Shown in pieces: positions 9,423-19,253 of a stretch of DNA of 64,000 bases. The stretch is from Chitinophagales bacterium. GTDB taxonomy: Bacteria; Bacteroidota; Bacteroidia; Chitinophagales; LD1. Where the stretch lies: contig JAXLUM010000002.1 in assembly GCA_046329515.1 (NCBI GenBank), positions 1,039,113-1,103,112 on the forward strand, written 5' to 3'. Every line of letters starts with the position of its first letter. Within the stretch, counting starts at the first letter, position 1. The position numbers were made by a program, and so were the translations under genes. The notes under the pieces were generated by a model. That model was not told where the DNA came from and did not search any database. It saw only the letters and a list, made by a program, of their open reading frames with translations.

Positions 9423-10427
9423 TCAATTGGGTCCCCGTCCTCCGGTGCTCTTGCGCACACCATCGCTATCTTTTATCAGCTTAGCAGAGGGTATGTAATC
9501 TTGGCCGGAGACAAAAACTACGCCTCCCACCATCAATAATGTCAGCTGAAAAAAGAAGTGCAGCAAGGGTACCTGGAGGGCAGCTTCTGTGTTTAGGTTC
9601 ATAAATTTTAAATAAAGGAAAAACGAAGTTTCCATTAAACCAAGCCCCTCGTAACTTATAGGCAAACTGGCACTTAAATAGAAAAAGGGAATGCCCACGA
9701 GAAACTGCCCGGCATTATAAAAATCGAACCCTAAACCACTCAGGGCCAACAAAATAAACACGGTTAGCAGCCCTCCGAGAAAAGACGAAACAGATGACAC
9801 CAATAAGATGCGGCCATTTGAGCGGGCGGATGTTACTTCCTCTAAAACCACATCGAAAGAGGGGATTAGCTTTTGTAGTGGCCGGCGAAAAACTCTCGCT
9901 AAAAATCTTAAAATGCTCTTGTAAAAAGGCAGCGTAAGCAAAAGGAGAAAAAAGAAAAAAAGATAAGCATATAGCGGATGATAATAGTTGGTTACACCTC
10001 CAAGCAGCAAAAGAAAAAATCCCAAAGCAAGAGCAGCCCCTAACCCTAATGTTGCACCAATACGGTCCAGCAAAAGTCCATTAACTGCAACCGCTGCAGG
10101 AATTTCGTGTTTACGCAAAAACAAAAAACGGAAAAGGTCCTCGGAGCCGGGGATAGGTAAAAACAGCATTAAAAACCATGTTCGGTAAGCCATTATTATG
10201 GCGCTTCGCAGCCGGAGTTTATACCCCTGCAAGCGAGCGCAGTAGTACAATCGCAATCCGAGCAAAATATTTTTAAGATGAAACAGCACGAATGCCAATG
10301 CAATAAGGGAAAACCTTATTTGTATTTGTGCCTGGTTTATTTTGCGCAACTGAAAATGATAAATAAGCCAAAGCACAAGCCCAAACAGCAATAGTTTGAT
10401 AAGTATTGAGGAGCATCGGGCATTCAT
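9423..10427 (-). CDS. Polytopic membrane protein, UPF0104 / LPG-synthase-TM (flippase-like) candidate
   Basis: About 8 TM helices at about 330 aa. Size, topology and a GT2-neighbour context are typical of this family. No diagnostic motif was recognised. Confidence 0.4.
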   Translation of the reverse strand: MNARCSSILIKLLLFGLVLWLIYHFQLRKINQAQIQIRFSLIALAFVLFHLKNILLGLRLYYCARLQGYKLRLRSAIIMAYRTWFLMLFLPIPGSEDLFRFLFLRKHEIPAAVAVNGLLLDRIGATLGLGAALALGFFLLLLGGVTNYYHPLYAYLFFFFLLLLTLPFYKSILRFLARVFRRPLQKLIPSFDVVLEEVTSARSNGRILLVSSVSSFLGGLLTVFILLALSGLGFDFYNAGQFLVGIPFFYLSASLPISYEGLGLMETSFFLYLKFMNLNTEAALQVPLLHFFFQLTLLMVGGVVFVSGQDYIPSAKLIKDSDGVRKSTGGRGPN

Positions 10428-10459
10428 AGTCGTACAATAACCTTTCTTTCTAAGTAGCC

Positions 10460-11536
10460 CTATCTCACCTTATTGTGTATCCTTGGTAAGGTTGCCAGAT
10501 AGGCGTAAATAGATAAAACTTCTTTATCGGTGAGTAAATAAAATGGCTGCATGGGGTCGCGGACCGTTTTGCCATCAGGCTTTATTCCGTTTTTAACCGT
10601 CCGTAAAAATTCCGTTTCCGACCATTTCCCTATTCCGGTTTCCTCATCAAAGGTTATGTTCGATGAATATATTTCTCCATGTTCACTATTTGTATGCTTT
10701 GCGCCGCCTGCAAAAAAGTTGTCCGACCTCTCCGGAAAATCATTGTGGTAGTTGCCTACTAAATCATTGGAGTGACACTCGTAACAGGAAAACTTTCGCG
10801 GTGCCAGGTATCTGCCAAATTCTATTGGATTGTTTGTGTCCGGCGGCAAAATAGCTGCCGTTGCATAAGCGTAAGGCCTTAACAGTGTGCGCGCAAAAAT
10901 TTTAACCACAGGGTTAATAGGCTCAGGGGCCACAGGTTTATTTACTGCCCGCACCAATGAATCATCAGAGCGCAGAAAAGCTATAATTGAACCAAGATCG
11001 TCATTACTAAGGCCGGGATACTTAGGCATATCGTAAACATAATAGCCATCGGGCTTTATGCCTGTGCGTAGAAAAAATGCCAGTTGCCCTGTGGACCACC
11101 GCCCTATTCCTGTTGCGGAATCCGCCGTAATATTAGAGGCAAAATTATCCCCTATACTTCCGGGGTTGGCCACATCTCCGCCAGCCAGGGTATTTGTTTG
11201 TGCATCATAATGGCATTTAATACACATCATGAGAACTATCCGGCGGCCTTCTTTTAGATGTGCCGAATCGTTACTGTAAGTAAACACCGGCGATAAAGCC
11301 TCATATTTTGGCAAAGGCAAAATTGCCAAAACAACTAAAACAAGCAGCAACACTGCCACTAAACCCAAAGCCGAAAAGAGAATGATCCTGAACCGGAATT
11401 TCAAAATGCAATGCGTAATATAGCTGCTAAATAAGTGAATAAAATCAGCAGATCCCTGCCTTTGGGCCGGGCCCCAAAAAATGAATTTTCTGCATGCAAA
11501 ATAGGTTTCATGGCTTTGTGGCGCTGGTGGTTTCAA
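10460..11536 (-). CDS. Membrane-anchored diheme c-type cytochrome
   Basis: Two CxxCH motifs (CIKCH, CYECH) and one N-terminal TM helix (IILFSALGLVAVLLLVLVVLAIL). No in-frame ATG lies upstream of the helix. The track start is a TTG, so the start is uncertain. Confidence 0.75.
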   Translation of the reverse strand: MKPPAPQSHETYFACRKFIFWGPAQRQGSADFIHLFSSYITHCILKFRFRIILFSALGLVAVLLLVLVVLAILPLPKYEALSPVFTYSNDSAHLKEGRRIVLMMCIKCHYDAQTNTLAGGDVANPGSIGDNFASNITADSATGIGRWSTGQLAFFLRTGIKPDGYYVYDMPKYPGLSNDDLGSIIAFLRSDDSLVRAVNKPVAPEPINPVVKIFARTLLRPYAYATAAILPPDTNNPIEFGRYLAPRKFSCYECHSNDLVGNYHNDFPERSDNFFAGGAKHTNSEHGEIYSSNITFDEETGIGKWSETEFLRTVKNGIKPDGKTVRDPMQPFYLLTDKEVLSIYAYLATLPRIHNKVR

Positions 11537-13146
11537 TGCTTATGCATGTTGTCGTGCACATAAGCTGCGGGTTTTATTATGAAACCGGCTCTATGACCTA
11601 CCTGAAAAATGTGGTAGCCGGCACCTTTACCAGTACTCCGCAGATAATACCCAGGGCATTTGGCGCCCATACCGGTTTTTCAGATTTATACATATGGCTT
11701 TATCAGCATTGCCCCGGATGGGAATGGCATGACATATTTATGCTGGGTTTTTCAGTTGCTGGCCTTGCTCTTTTAATAATGGCTCTTTACGCCGCCATCA
11801 GGCACTCGCTTAGTGAGCGTAAGAGCAACACAACAATTTTTGTATGGGCACTAATTGCCAGCGTAGCGTTTTATGCTGATAATTTATTGCAAACGGAGCT
11901 TACCCGCTCCTCTATAACCATTGCATTCAGCGCATTCTTCCTGCTGGTTTTTGAGGCCAGAAAATGGTGGCATTACTTGCTGCTGAATGTTATTCTGGTA
12001 TCGGCAACCCTTATCAGGACAGAAGTTTTTGGGTTTTCAGTTATGCTTATCCTTCCGGCTGTTTTAGCGGGAGCAGGACTAAAACGTTTGGTTTACTGCC
12101 TAACGCCTACGTTGATTTTATATGTGGTTTTCCTGGTAGCAATTAATGCGGGACTAACTGCCGAGGAACGCGCTTACCTCGCCTTCAGGCCCTACCAGTT
12201 TATTTTACTGGATTACGAGATCAAAAAAGAAGTTCCGTTTGAAAGCCCACAGGATTCTATGGCAATTTTACTTGCTAAAAACGGCTTTTGGTGCGATGAA
12301 GGAGTAATCGATGAAAAACTATTCCGAAAGTATTATTTACCACTGGATAAAATCCCCTCCAACTTTTTCAACTATCTTAAAGCAGTTGATTGGAAGCCGC
12401 ACACGCTTATTAAAAAAGCCATGCGTGTAAGTACCCGCTATTATATATTGCTGCTTTTGCCCCTGTTGCTGTTATCACTTCAAACCATAGCTAAAAGCAG
12501 GGGGCCGTGGCTTTCGCTTCCGCTCGTACTCTATTACGCAGTTCTACTGGCAGGGTTATTGGTTTTTATTAAAATTGAAGACAGGGTTCTTTATCCTGCG
12601 CTAATCGCCTTCCTGGTTTTATCGCTACGTATTTGCAGTGCCTGTTTTTTACAACTGTATCTGCTTGTAGCCATAGTGGTGTGCTGTATTATTGCCGGCT
12701 TTGGGTATAAGCAAATGCAGGAAACCCGTGACATTGATGATTATATGCGCAGGCTTGAAAAAACTCTTGAAAAACAGCCGGCAGGCAGCGTGGCGGTGTA
12801 CGATTTAAAAGCTGTTACTGATTACGGACTAAAACTTAGTTTGAAGCGCCAATCGCCTGCTATAAAAAAGGCAAGTATAGACAATGGCTTATTGCATCTG
12901 AACACACAACTGCAAAAGGATAATCTGCAAACTTTTGGCAACGATAAGTGCGCGGACATGATAGCCGGAACCGCCACCGACAGTAGTTTTGTTTGGGTTA
13001 GTTGCGAGGGACGCATGAAACTGATTTTAGCCTATATGCGCATTGTGCATGGACTATCAATGCACTATGTGGTGTTGGACAATTTTGGCGCGGTAAAGAA
13101 TGAGAATGTTTATCCCCGCATTATGCGCTTATATTTGGATAATTAA
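11494..13146 (+). CDS. Large polytopic membrane protein with C-terminal soluble domain (GT-C-like architecture)
   Basis: About 11 hydrophobic helices followed by a soluble tail of about 140 aa. The start is uncertain, with alternatives at 11536, 11542 and 11593. The 11494 start would overlap the divergent cytochrome c ORF. Confidence 0.4.
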   Translation: MQNRFHGFVALVVSMLMHVVVHISCGFYYETGSMTYLKNVVAGTFTSTPQIIPRAFGAHTGFSDLYIWLYQHCPGWEWHDIFMLGFSVAGLALLIMALYAAIRHSLSERKSNTTIFVWALIASVAFYADNLLQTELTRSSITIAFSAFFLLVFEARKWWHYLLLNVILVSATLIRTEVFGFSVMLILPAVLAGAGLKRLVYCLTPTLILYVVFLVAINAGLTAEERAYLAFRPYQFILLDYEIKKEVPFESPQDSMAILLAKNGFWCDEGVIDEKLFRKYYLPLDKIPSNFFNYLKAVDWKPHTLIKKAMRVSTRYYILLLLPLLLLSLQTIAKSRGPWLSLPLVLYYAVLLAGLLVFIKIEDRVLYPALIAFLVLSLRICSACFLQLYLLVAIVVCCIIAGFGYKQMQETRDIDDYMRRLEKTLEKQPAGSVAVYDLKAVTDYGLKLSLKRQSPAIKKASIDNGLLHLNTQLQKDNLQTFGNDKCADMIAGTATDSSFVWVSCEGRMKLILAYMRIVHGLSMHYVVLDNFGAVKNENVYPRIMRLYLDN

Positions 13147-13159
13147 GCACGCGGCACCC

Positions 13160-14818
13160 ATGCGTTTCACTGTACCCGAGAAATATAAGCTGCCGGCACT
13201 TTTTATTGCATTCCTTCTGATTTACGGGAGCTACTTCTGCTATTTTGGTATTCATGGGTTACTTCCCGGTCAAATCGATGTGTGGTATAACCTGGGAGTG
13301 TTACGCGAATATGCCAACCACATCAACCATCTGTTTTTTAATACCCCGGTTGGTATGGCCAATTATCCTGAAGGGCACATTTACCTGAATGGAGAGCCCT
13401 CCTTTTTAAGCGGCATGTTGTTTTGGGTGCTGTCTTTACTAATGAACGACCTGTGGGCTTATCTCGCTATGTGCGCTTTATTCTTTACGCTTAACAGTTT
13501 CTTTCTCTCGTTGTATTTAAGGCGTTTGTTGAATAGCCATTTATCAATAACTTTTATAAGCGGCTTAGCTTTTAGTTTAAGCGCGTTTAACCTGGGCCTG
13601 CTCGATAATTTTGTCTACGGCATTTTCTTCCCTTTTTTCGGGGCTTTGTTGTTACTGGAAAAATGGTGCACCGACAGAAAAACGGCTCAACTGCTGATAG
13701 CAGTGCTATTGCTCAATCTTGAAATCTACTTTTCGGTTTATAATTTTTTTATGGGCTATTTAGTGCTGGCGGTGTGGCTGGTGGTTTATTTCCCTCGCGA
13801 GCGTAAAACATTTGCTGTGCTGGCGCTGTCATTTATTTCGCTGCCGCTTATTTTTCCCTATGTATATCTTTTCATTCTTCATCCAAGTATCCTCCCGGAA
13901 TACCGTGATTTTTTTACCCCCCAAATAATCGCCGGTTTTAGCTTTAAGGGAGCGGACCTTCTGCGCTCTTTTCAAAGCAACCCCATCTATGGTGGCATGG
14001 TAAACGGTGGTGATCGATTACAGAACTACTGGCACATGGGCAACATAGGCCTTGTTTCATTTGCATTTGCTTTAGCAGGCTGGGCACTTGCCGATAAAAA
14101 ATTAAAGTGGTTAACCGGGTCTCTTATAATAACGGGTATGCTGTTTTGTATCGGGCCCTATTGGGGCAGTAGCCAGGTAAAAGCTCCCTTTTATTATTTG
14201 CACCAATGGTTACCCTTGCTGGCAGGCTTTAAAATGATATTCAAGTTTTATTACCTGGTGTTGCTTTGCCTGGTGATATGCCTTACGGTTTTCGTAAACC
14301 GCGTGGTAAAATTGATGCACCATAAATTCAGGGTACCTGTATCGTTGCTATGCGCAATAGTGTTTTTATCAGAGAACCTGCCTCTTAATTTTTCGGAATA
14401 CGTATTACCCTACAGCCAGCTTCAGCTAAATAAAGCGTTAAGAGAAAATGAAAGCGGAAGCATATTGATTTTGCCCTCTTTTGCTCCCGTAAGTAGTAAT
14501 ACCGAGTGTTTTGTTAAAGGCAGAGGCTATGAGTACCGCTATTACTACCTGGCATATCACTCGCACATTAACCTTTTAAATGGTTCTAGTTCCTTTGTGC
14601 CCGCCTCCCGAAAAACTGTAGATAGCCTTCTTTATCAATTACCTATGAATGAATCCCTTTTCATCCTTCGTAAACAATTCGGATTAACGGCAATTGTATT
14701 CGATAAAAGCAGCACCTTAAGTTGCAGCCCCTACTCTCTTGAGGAATTAAAAACCTTGCTTAACACAACCTATGAAGACAGCGCTTTTGCGTTATTTGAT
14801 TTAACGGCTCAACCGTAA
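13160..14818 (+). CDS. Large polytopic membrane protein with C-terminal soluble domain (YfhO/GT-C-like architecture)
   Basis: Many TM helices plus a soluble C-terminus. The ATG at 13160 avoids the 47-nt overlap that the track start at 13100 creates. Confidence 0.4.
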   Translation: MRFTVPEKYKLPALFIAFLLIYGSYFCYFGIHGLLPGQIDVWYNLGVLREYANHINHLFFNTPVGMANYPEGHIYLNGEPSFLSGMLFWVLSLLMNDLWAYLAMCALFFTLNSFFLSLYLRRLLNSHLSITFISGLAFSLSAFNLGLLDNFVYGIFFPFFGALLLLEKWCTDRKTAQLLIAVLLLNLEIYFSVYNFFMGYLVLAVWLVVYFPRERKTFAVLALSFISLPLIFPYVYLFILHPSILPEYRDFFTPQIIAGFSFKGADLLRSFQSNPIYGGMVNGGDRLQNYWHMGNIGLVSFAFALAGWALADKKLKWLTGSLIITGMLFCIGPYWGSSQVKAPFYYLHQWLPLLAGFKMIFKFYYLVLLCLVICLTVFVNRVVKLMHHKFRVPVSLLCAIVFLSENLPLNFSEYVLPYSQLQLNKALRENESGSILILPSFAPVSSNTECFVKGRGYEYRYYYLAYHSHINLLNGSSSFVPASRKTVDSLLYQLPMNESLFILRKQFGLTAIVFDKSSTLSCSPYSLEELKTLLNTTYEDSAFALFDLTAQP

Positions 14819-14865
14819 TTGCTAATTTTACAAAACACAAAAATTACGATACATTCATATCAACT

Positions 14866-16467
14866 ATGAATATCACTTTTGCTGCTATAGGATCTGAGCA
14901 GTTGGCTATCAGCTTGCTTTCCGGTATCGCTAAACGCGAAGGCCATGCAGTAAGCCTCGTGTATACTCCTTCACTTTTTCATGACCGCTGGAACCTGGAA
15001 GTCCCTCTTCTGAATCGCTTTTTTGATGAAACAGACGAGGTAATTCAACAAATAGTTAAGTCTGAGCCTGATGTTCTGGCCTTTTCTGTTCTAACGGCCA
15101 CATATCAATGGGCCTTGCACATTGCCACCGAGGTAAAAAAGAAAAGGCCGCGCGTTAAAACCATTTTCGGTGGAGTGCATATCTCGGCAGTTCCCGACAG
15201 GGTAATAAAAAAAGAAGTAGTGGACTACCTTGTTGTTGGCGAGGGCGAAGAAGCATTTCCGGCAATATTAAGCGCCATACAGAATAAGAGTTTCACCGAT
15301 GCCATAGCCAACACATGGTTTAAAGCCGAGGATGGCCGGATTATTAAAGGCCCCCAAAAAGGGTTTTACCAGGAGCTGGACACCCTGCCGGCCTTTGACA
15401 AGATACTTTGGGAAAATGACATTAAGGTTACGGATAAGTATATGACGATGGCATCGCGCGGCTGCCCGTACCGTTGTTCGTTTTGCTTTAATAATTTTTT
15501 TGCCCGCCTGCCCGAAGAAAAGTCCGGCAAGTATGTTCGGTTCAGAAGCCCCGACCATATGCTGGCGGAGTTAAGTTTTGCCAAAGAAAGATATGGCAAC
15601 ATACGCCTGATAGATTTTCAGGATGATGTTTTTACAGCGGATAAAAAGTGGTTAAAAGAGTTTTTACCACGCTATAAAAATGAAATAGACATACCATTTC
15701 AGTGCCTTACGCACCCTAAATACCTGGATGAAGAAATTGCCGCCCTGCTGAGTGATGCAGGTTGCAAGTGGATACAGATGGGAGTGCAGAGCATGGACGA
15801 AGACTTTAAGAAAAACAACCTGCAACGTTTTGAACGCAGCGACCAGATTGCTGAAGCCTGCCGCATTATGGCTAAGTACGGCATTAAAGCCAAACTGGAC
15901 CATATGTTCGGCCTGCCCGAGGAGCCGGTAAGCGCACAGGAAAAAGCGCTTGCGCTTTATAAGCAGTATGTGCCCGAACGCATACAAACCTTTTGGACCT
16001 GTTACCTGCCCGGCACCGATTTATTGAAAGAAGGTCTGGCTAAAGGAGTAGTTACTCCGGAGGCTGCCGAGCGTTTATATGAGGGTATAGACTTTTTCTT
16101 TTACCGTAACGAAGACAACATCAAAAATCCGGAGCTGGTTAAAACCTACAAGCGTTACGAGTTTATTTTTAAAATATTGCCTATCGTGCCGGGCTTTATT
16201 GGTCAGCGCCTGCGCCCGGAAAATATTAAATGGATCCCTCTGTTTGTTATGGGGCCGGTAGCCTATACCGCCGATGTTATTACGGGCTTTATGTTCGGCA
16301 ATCCGGATTTTGCCACCTACGCACGCCATTATATGCTTCATATCAGGCGGCACATTGCAGGTTGGTTTACCTCTACCAAATCGGACGCTACTAAAAACGT
16401 TCAGAAAAAAGTTAAGCTGCCGGTGTTTATTCCTAAACGCAATATGCAGTTGAATAAAACATTTTAG
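14866..16467 (+). CDS. B12-binding (class B) radical SAM enzyme
   Basis: CPYRCSFC at nt 15463-15486. The N-terminal region (DVLAFSVLTATY ... IFGGVHISA) resembles a cobalamin-binding Rossmann domain. Confidence 0.8.
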   Translation: MNITFAAIGSEQLAISLLSGIAKREGHAVSLVYTPSLFHDRWNLEVPLLNRFFDETDEVIQQIVKSEPDVLAFSVLTATYQWALHIATEVKKKRPRVKTIFGGVHISAVPDRVIKKEVVDYLVVGEGEEAFPAILSAIQNKSFTDAIANTWFKAEDGRIIKGPQKGFYQELDTLPAFDKILWENDIKVTDKYMTMASRGCPYRCSFCFNNFFARLPEEKSGKYVRFRSPDHMLAELSFAKERYGNIRLIDFQDDVFTADKKWLKEFLPRYKNEIDIPFQCLTHPKYLDEEIAALLSDAGCKWIQMGVQSMDEDFKKNNLQRFERSDQIAEACRIMAKYGIKAKLDHMFGLPEEPVSAQEKALALYKQYVPERIQTFWTCYLPGTDLLKEGLAKGVVTPEAAERLYEGIDFFFYRNEDNIKNPELVKTYKRYEFIFKILPIVPGFIGQRLRPENIKWIPLFVMGPVAYTADVITGFMFGNPDFATYARHYMLHIRRHIAGWFTSTKSDATKNVQKKVKLPVFIPKRNMQLNKTF

Positions 16468-17339
16468 GCCTGCCCGAAAAGGCGTAACAGCTTTTGTTTA
16501 AATCCCTCCGGCTCAGGTTCCAGCTGAAGGTCTTTCATGCTTATCTGGCCGAAGGAATAATCCCACTCCTGCACCGGTTGCATATTTACAGGTAACTTAC
16601 CATCGTTGTTTTTCATCAGGTAGTCCAGTTCAATCTGAAAGCCCTGTATTTTTTTCCGGTTTTCATTCCAAAAATAAACCATCATAGGGGCACCTGCCGA
16701 AGTTAACGCACAGGAGGTCGCAATGCGGGGCTCGGTAGAATGATTTTCGCGTGAGCAATGAACTGCCCGGTGGTCATACAACAATGCATCGCCGGCATTC
16801 AGCAACAATTCGGTGCACTCTTTCCAGAAATATTCACGCAAGTCCACGGTTTGATCCGGAATGTTAGGCCCGCGGAAAATATTACGAATGTTGTGGCTGC
16901 CTTTTAAAACCTGCAAAGGTCCGTTTTCCTTAGTAAGCTTAACAAGCGGTATCCATAAATTAAACGAGCGGAATTCGTCTTCGTTTACAATGCCATAATC
17001 AATATGCGGTTGAGAAGCCCCTTTGCCCAAAGGCGGTTTAATTACAAACGAGCCCCCGAAAATCTGGTAGTTAGCGAACACCTCGCTGCAGGGGGGGGTA
17101 TATACCTCTATGATCTTGGCAATCGTGCGCACTTTATAGTCCTCATCGCGGGTATGCCACACCGAATTAATAATATGCTCCGCATGAAACTCGGGCTGAT
17201 TGTTGCGGTTATATTCAAGTAACTCAGCCACGCGTTCAGGCGAAAGAAATTTTTTCAATACCAGATAGCCATCGTCCAGCAACTGTTTTTCCAGTCGCTT
17301 GTCCTTCATTATTGGCGGAAACTGTTTTTTAACCTTCAT
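16464..17339 (-). CDS. PhyH-family Fe(II)/2-oxoglutarate dioxygenase (paralog A)
   Basis: PHIDYG (HxD) ... NGPLQVLKGSH ... AVHCS ... PRIA. N-terminal DDGYLVLKKFL motif. Confidence 0.8.
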   Translation of the reverse strand: MKVKKQFPPIMKDKRLEKQLLDDGYLVLKKFLSPERVAELLEYNRNNQPEFHAEHIINSVWHTRDEDYKVRTIAKIIEVYTPPCSEVFANYQIFGGSFVIKPPLGKGASQPHIDYGIVNEDEFRSFNLWIPLVKLTKENGPLQVLKGSHNIRNIFRGPNIPDQTVDLREYFWKECTELLLNAGDALLYDHRAVHCSRENHSTEPRIATSCALTSAGAPMMVYFWNENRKKIQGFQIELDYLMKNNDGKLPVNMQPVQEWDYSFGQISMKDLQLEPEPEGFKQKLLRLFGQA

Positions 17340-18360
17340 GAACCTTACTTGTCAGTTTTCTAAAATAGCCGGCTACTGATTGCAAAAAGCCCTTGCCGGG
17401 TGTGTAGTGTTGCACAATAGTATTCATACCATCTTTTGACAGCATTTCGGGTAAGTCGTTTTCCGGAAGCCCCACTTCCTTAACAAACTGCATAAACTGT
17501 TCTTCGGTTACTACCAAGGGCGTCAACTCCACTTTTCGCGCAGTTTTACCGGGGGGCCGGCCTACCTTTTCGCTAACAAAATCTTCAAATTCCAAGAACA
17601 CATCATCTGCCATTTCAATCATTTCAAACTCTTTGCCTGTATCTGCAGGATCCTTGTAAGGCATTTCAACCTTGGCTGTGTCTGGAAAAAAGCTGGCTGC
17701 TATTGCAACCCGGTTGCGGGCAGTTGTATTTAAAAGCGAGTTATGAAACACGCGTGAATCAAAAATTAAAAGGTCGCCTGCCTTCAAAAGTAAAGGCTTC
17801 ATATACTTATAAACCAAAGGATAGATGTCGCTAAAAGGTAGCTTATTGTATAGGTTTCGGTATGGCGGTATAAGATAGTGCGACTTTGGCAGCACACACA
17901 TAGGACCGTTTTCTATGTTCAAATTCTCTAAGGGCGACCAAATGCTGATAGGCGAAAACAGATTTTCATCCGTTAATGCCATGTCCTGGTGAATGAATAA
18001 AGCACTTTTGGGGCCGGGCGCCTTTACAATAAAGTTGTAACAACTAACCTTAAAGTTTGTAAGAAATTGTAACAGAAGTGGCTCTATTACCTGCCTTATA
18101 TCCGCATGAATTTTTTTGCGGTATTCCGTATTTGCCGAGTAGATACTCACAAACAAACCACCATCCTGCTGTTCAATTTTATGCGTTTGGGCATAAATTT
18201 TTTTTAAGGCGTTAACACGGTCGGCATCAAAAAAATTTTCGAGAATAACGTATCCATTCTCTTTTAAACCCCTGCGGATGTTTTCATCAGTTAAATGAAT
18301 ATACTCTGCCGGCCGCCAGGCTGTAGAAGCAAAAGGTGCTATAGGAGCCATGTTGCTCAT
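17329..18360 (-). CDS. PhyH-family Fe(II)/2-oxoglutarate dioxygenase (paralog B)
   Basis: FIHQDMAL (HxD), NGPMCVLPKSH, VFHNS, NRVA. Confidence 0.8.
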   Translation of the reverse strand: MSNMAPIAPFASTAWRPAEYIHLTDENIRRGLKENGYVILENFFDADRVNALKKIYAQTHKIEQQDGGLFVSIYSANTEYRKKIHADIRQVIEPLLLQFLTNFKVSCYNFIVKAPGPKSALFIHQDMALTDENLFSPISIWSPLENLNIENGPMCVLPKSHYLIPPYRNLYNKLPFSDIYPLVYKYMKPLLLKAGDLLIFDSRVFHNSLLNTTARNRVAIAASFFPDTAKVEMPYKDPADTGKEFEMIEMADDVFLEFEDFVSEKVGRPPGKTARKVELTPLVVTEEQFMQFVKEVGLPENDLPEMLSKDGMNTIVQHYTPGKGFLQSVAGYFRKLTSKVHEG

Positions 18361-19253
18361 AACGAAAACATTTCTTTTACCCTATTACTGAAGTTCCGCC
18401 ATTGGGAAACTTCAAATAAAGCGGGCAGCATTTCTTCGGTTAATTGCGGATCAGGCTGGGCATGCGTGCCCGCATATTGTGCAAAGGATGGAGGCTGCAT
18501 AAACTCGCTCTTGAAATCATCATACAACATAAAAAAAGACGGAGGCACTTTGTAAGCGTCTACCTTTACCACCTTACCGTTCTCCTTACCGAAATAAAGC
18601 ATAAAATCAGCGTCCTTATGGCTGAGGTTGGTCATAACACAAACGCGGATAGAATTTGTGTTGTTTGGAGGAGAATAATGAGCAAGGGCAGAATCGAAAA
18701 CCAGCGCCTCGCCGGCGCTTACATTTTGAGGTTCCATATATTTACGTATAGCCCGCTGCACGTTATCAAAAGCTGCATTAATGCCAGCTCCGCGAATGTG
18801 ATTTAGTTTAAGATGCGAACCCTTAATTGCATGAATGGTGCCATTCTCAGCGAAACAATCCATTAAAGGCAGCCAAAAAGTATAGGTTCTGAATTGCTTC
18901 TCATCTGTAAAGCTCCAATCCTGGTGCACGTACAGTTCCGATTGCGGCCCCAACCCCTTAATCTGATAGGTAAAGGACGACTGCTGCACATCTTTGAAGT
19001 GTTTCGCAAAGTAAGGCTTCAGCAGTTCGCCTATTTGCGTATTCATTTCATTCCGGAAGTTACTGTCAGGGTTATGGAGGCAGGTATATAAGATATCATA
19101 TGGGATATCCGTTCGCGGGGTAACCAGTTGATGATAACGCCCCAACAACTTTTCAATACCATCCTCATCCAAAAAGCGGAACTTTACAATGCCGTCTTTG
19201 TTCAGCATTTTTTGGTACTGTTCGTTTAGGAGGATATCTCTATTCATTTTCAA
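18357..19253 (-). CDS. PhyH-family Fe(II)/2-oxoglutarate dioxygenase (paralog C)
   Basis: YVHQDWSF, NGTIHAIKGSH, LAHYSPPN. ATGA overlap with paralog B. Confidence 0.8.
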   Translation of the reverse strand: MKMNRDILLNEQYQKMLNKDGIVKFRFLDEDGIEKLLGRYHQLVTPRTDIPYDILYTCLHNPDSNFRNEMNTQIGELLKPYFAKHFKDVQQSSFTYQIKGLGPQSELYVHQDWSFTDEKQFRTYTFWLPLMDCFAENGTIHAIKGSHLKLNHIRGAGINAAFDNVQRAIRKYMEPQNVSAGEALVFDSALAHYSPPNNTNSIRVCVMTNLSHKDADFMLYFGKENGKVVKVDAYKVPPSFFMLYDDFKSEFMQPPSFAQYAGTHAQPDPQLTEEMLPALFEVSQWRNFSNRVKEMFSL

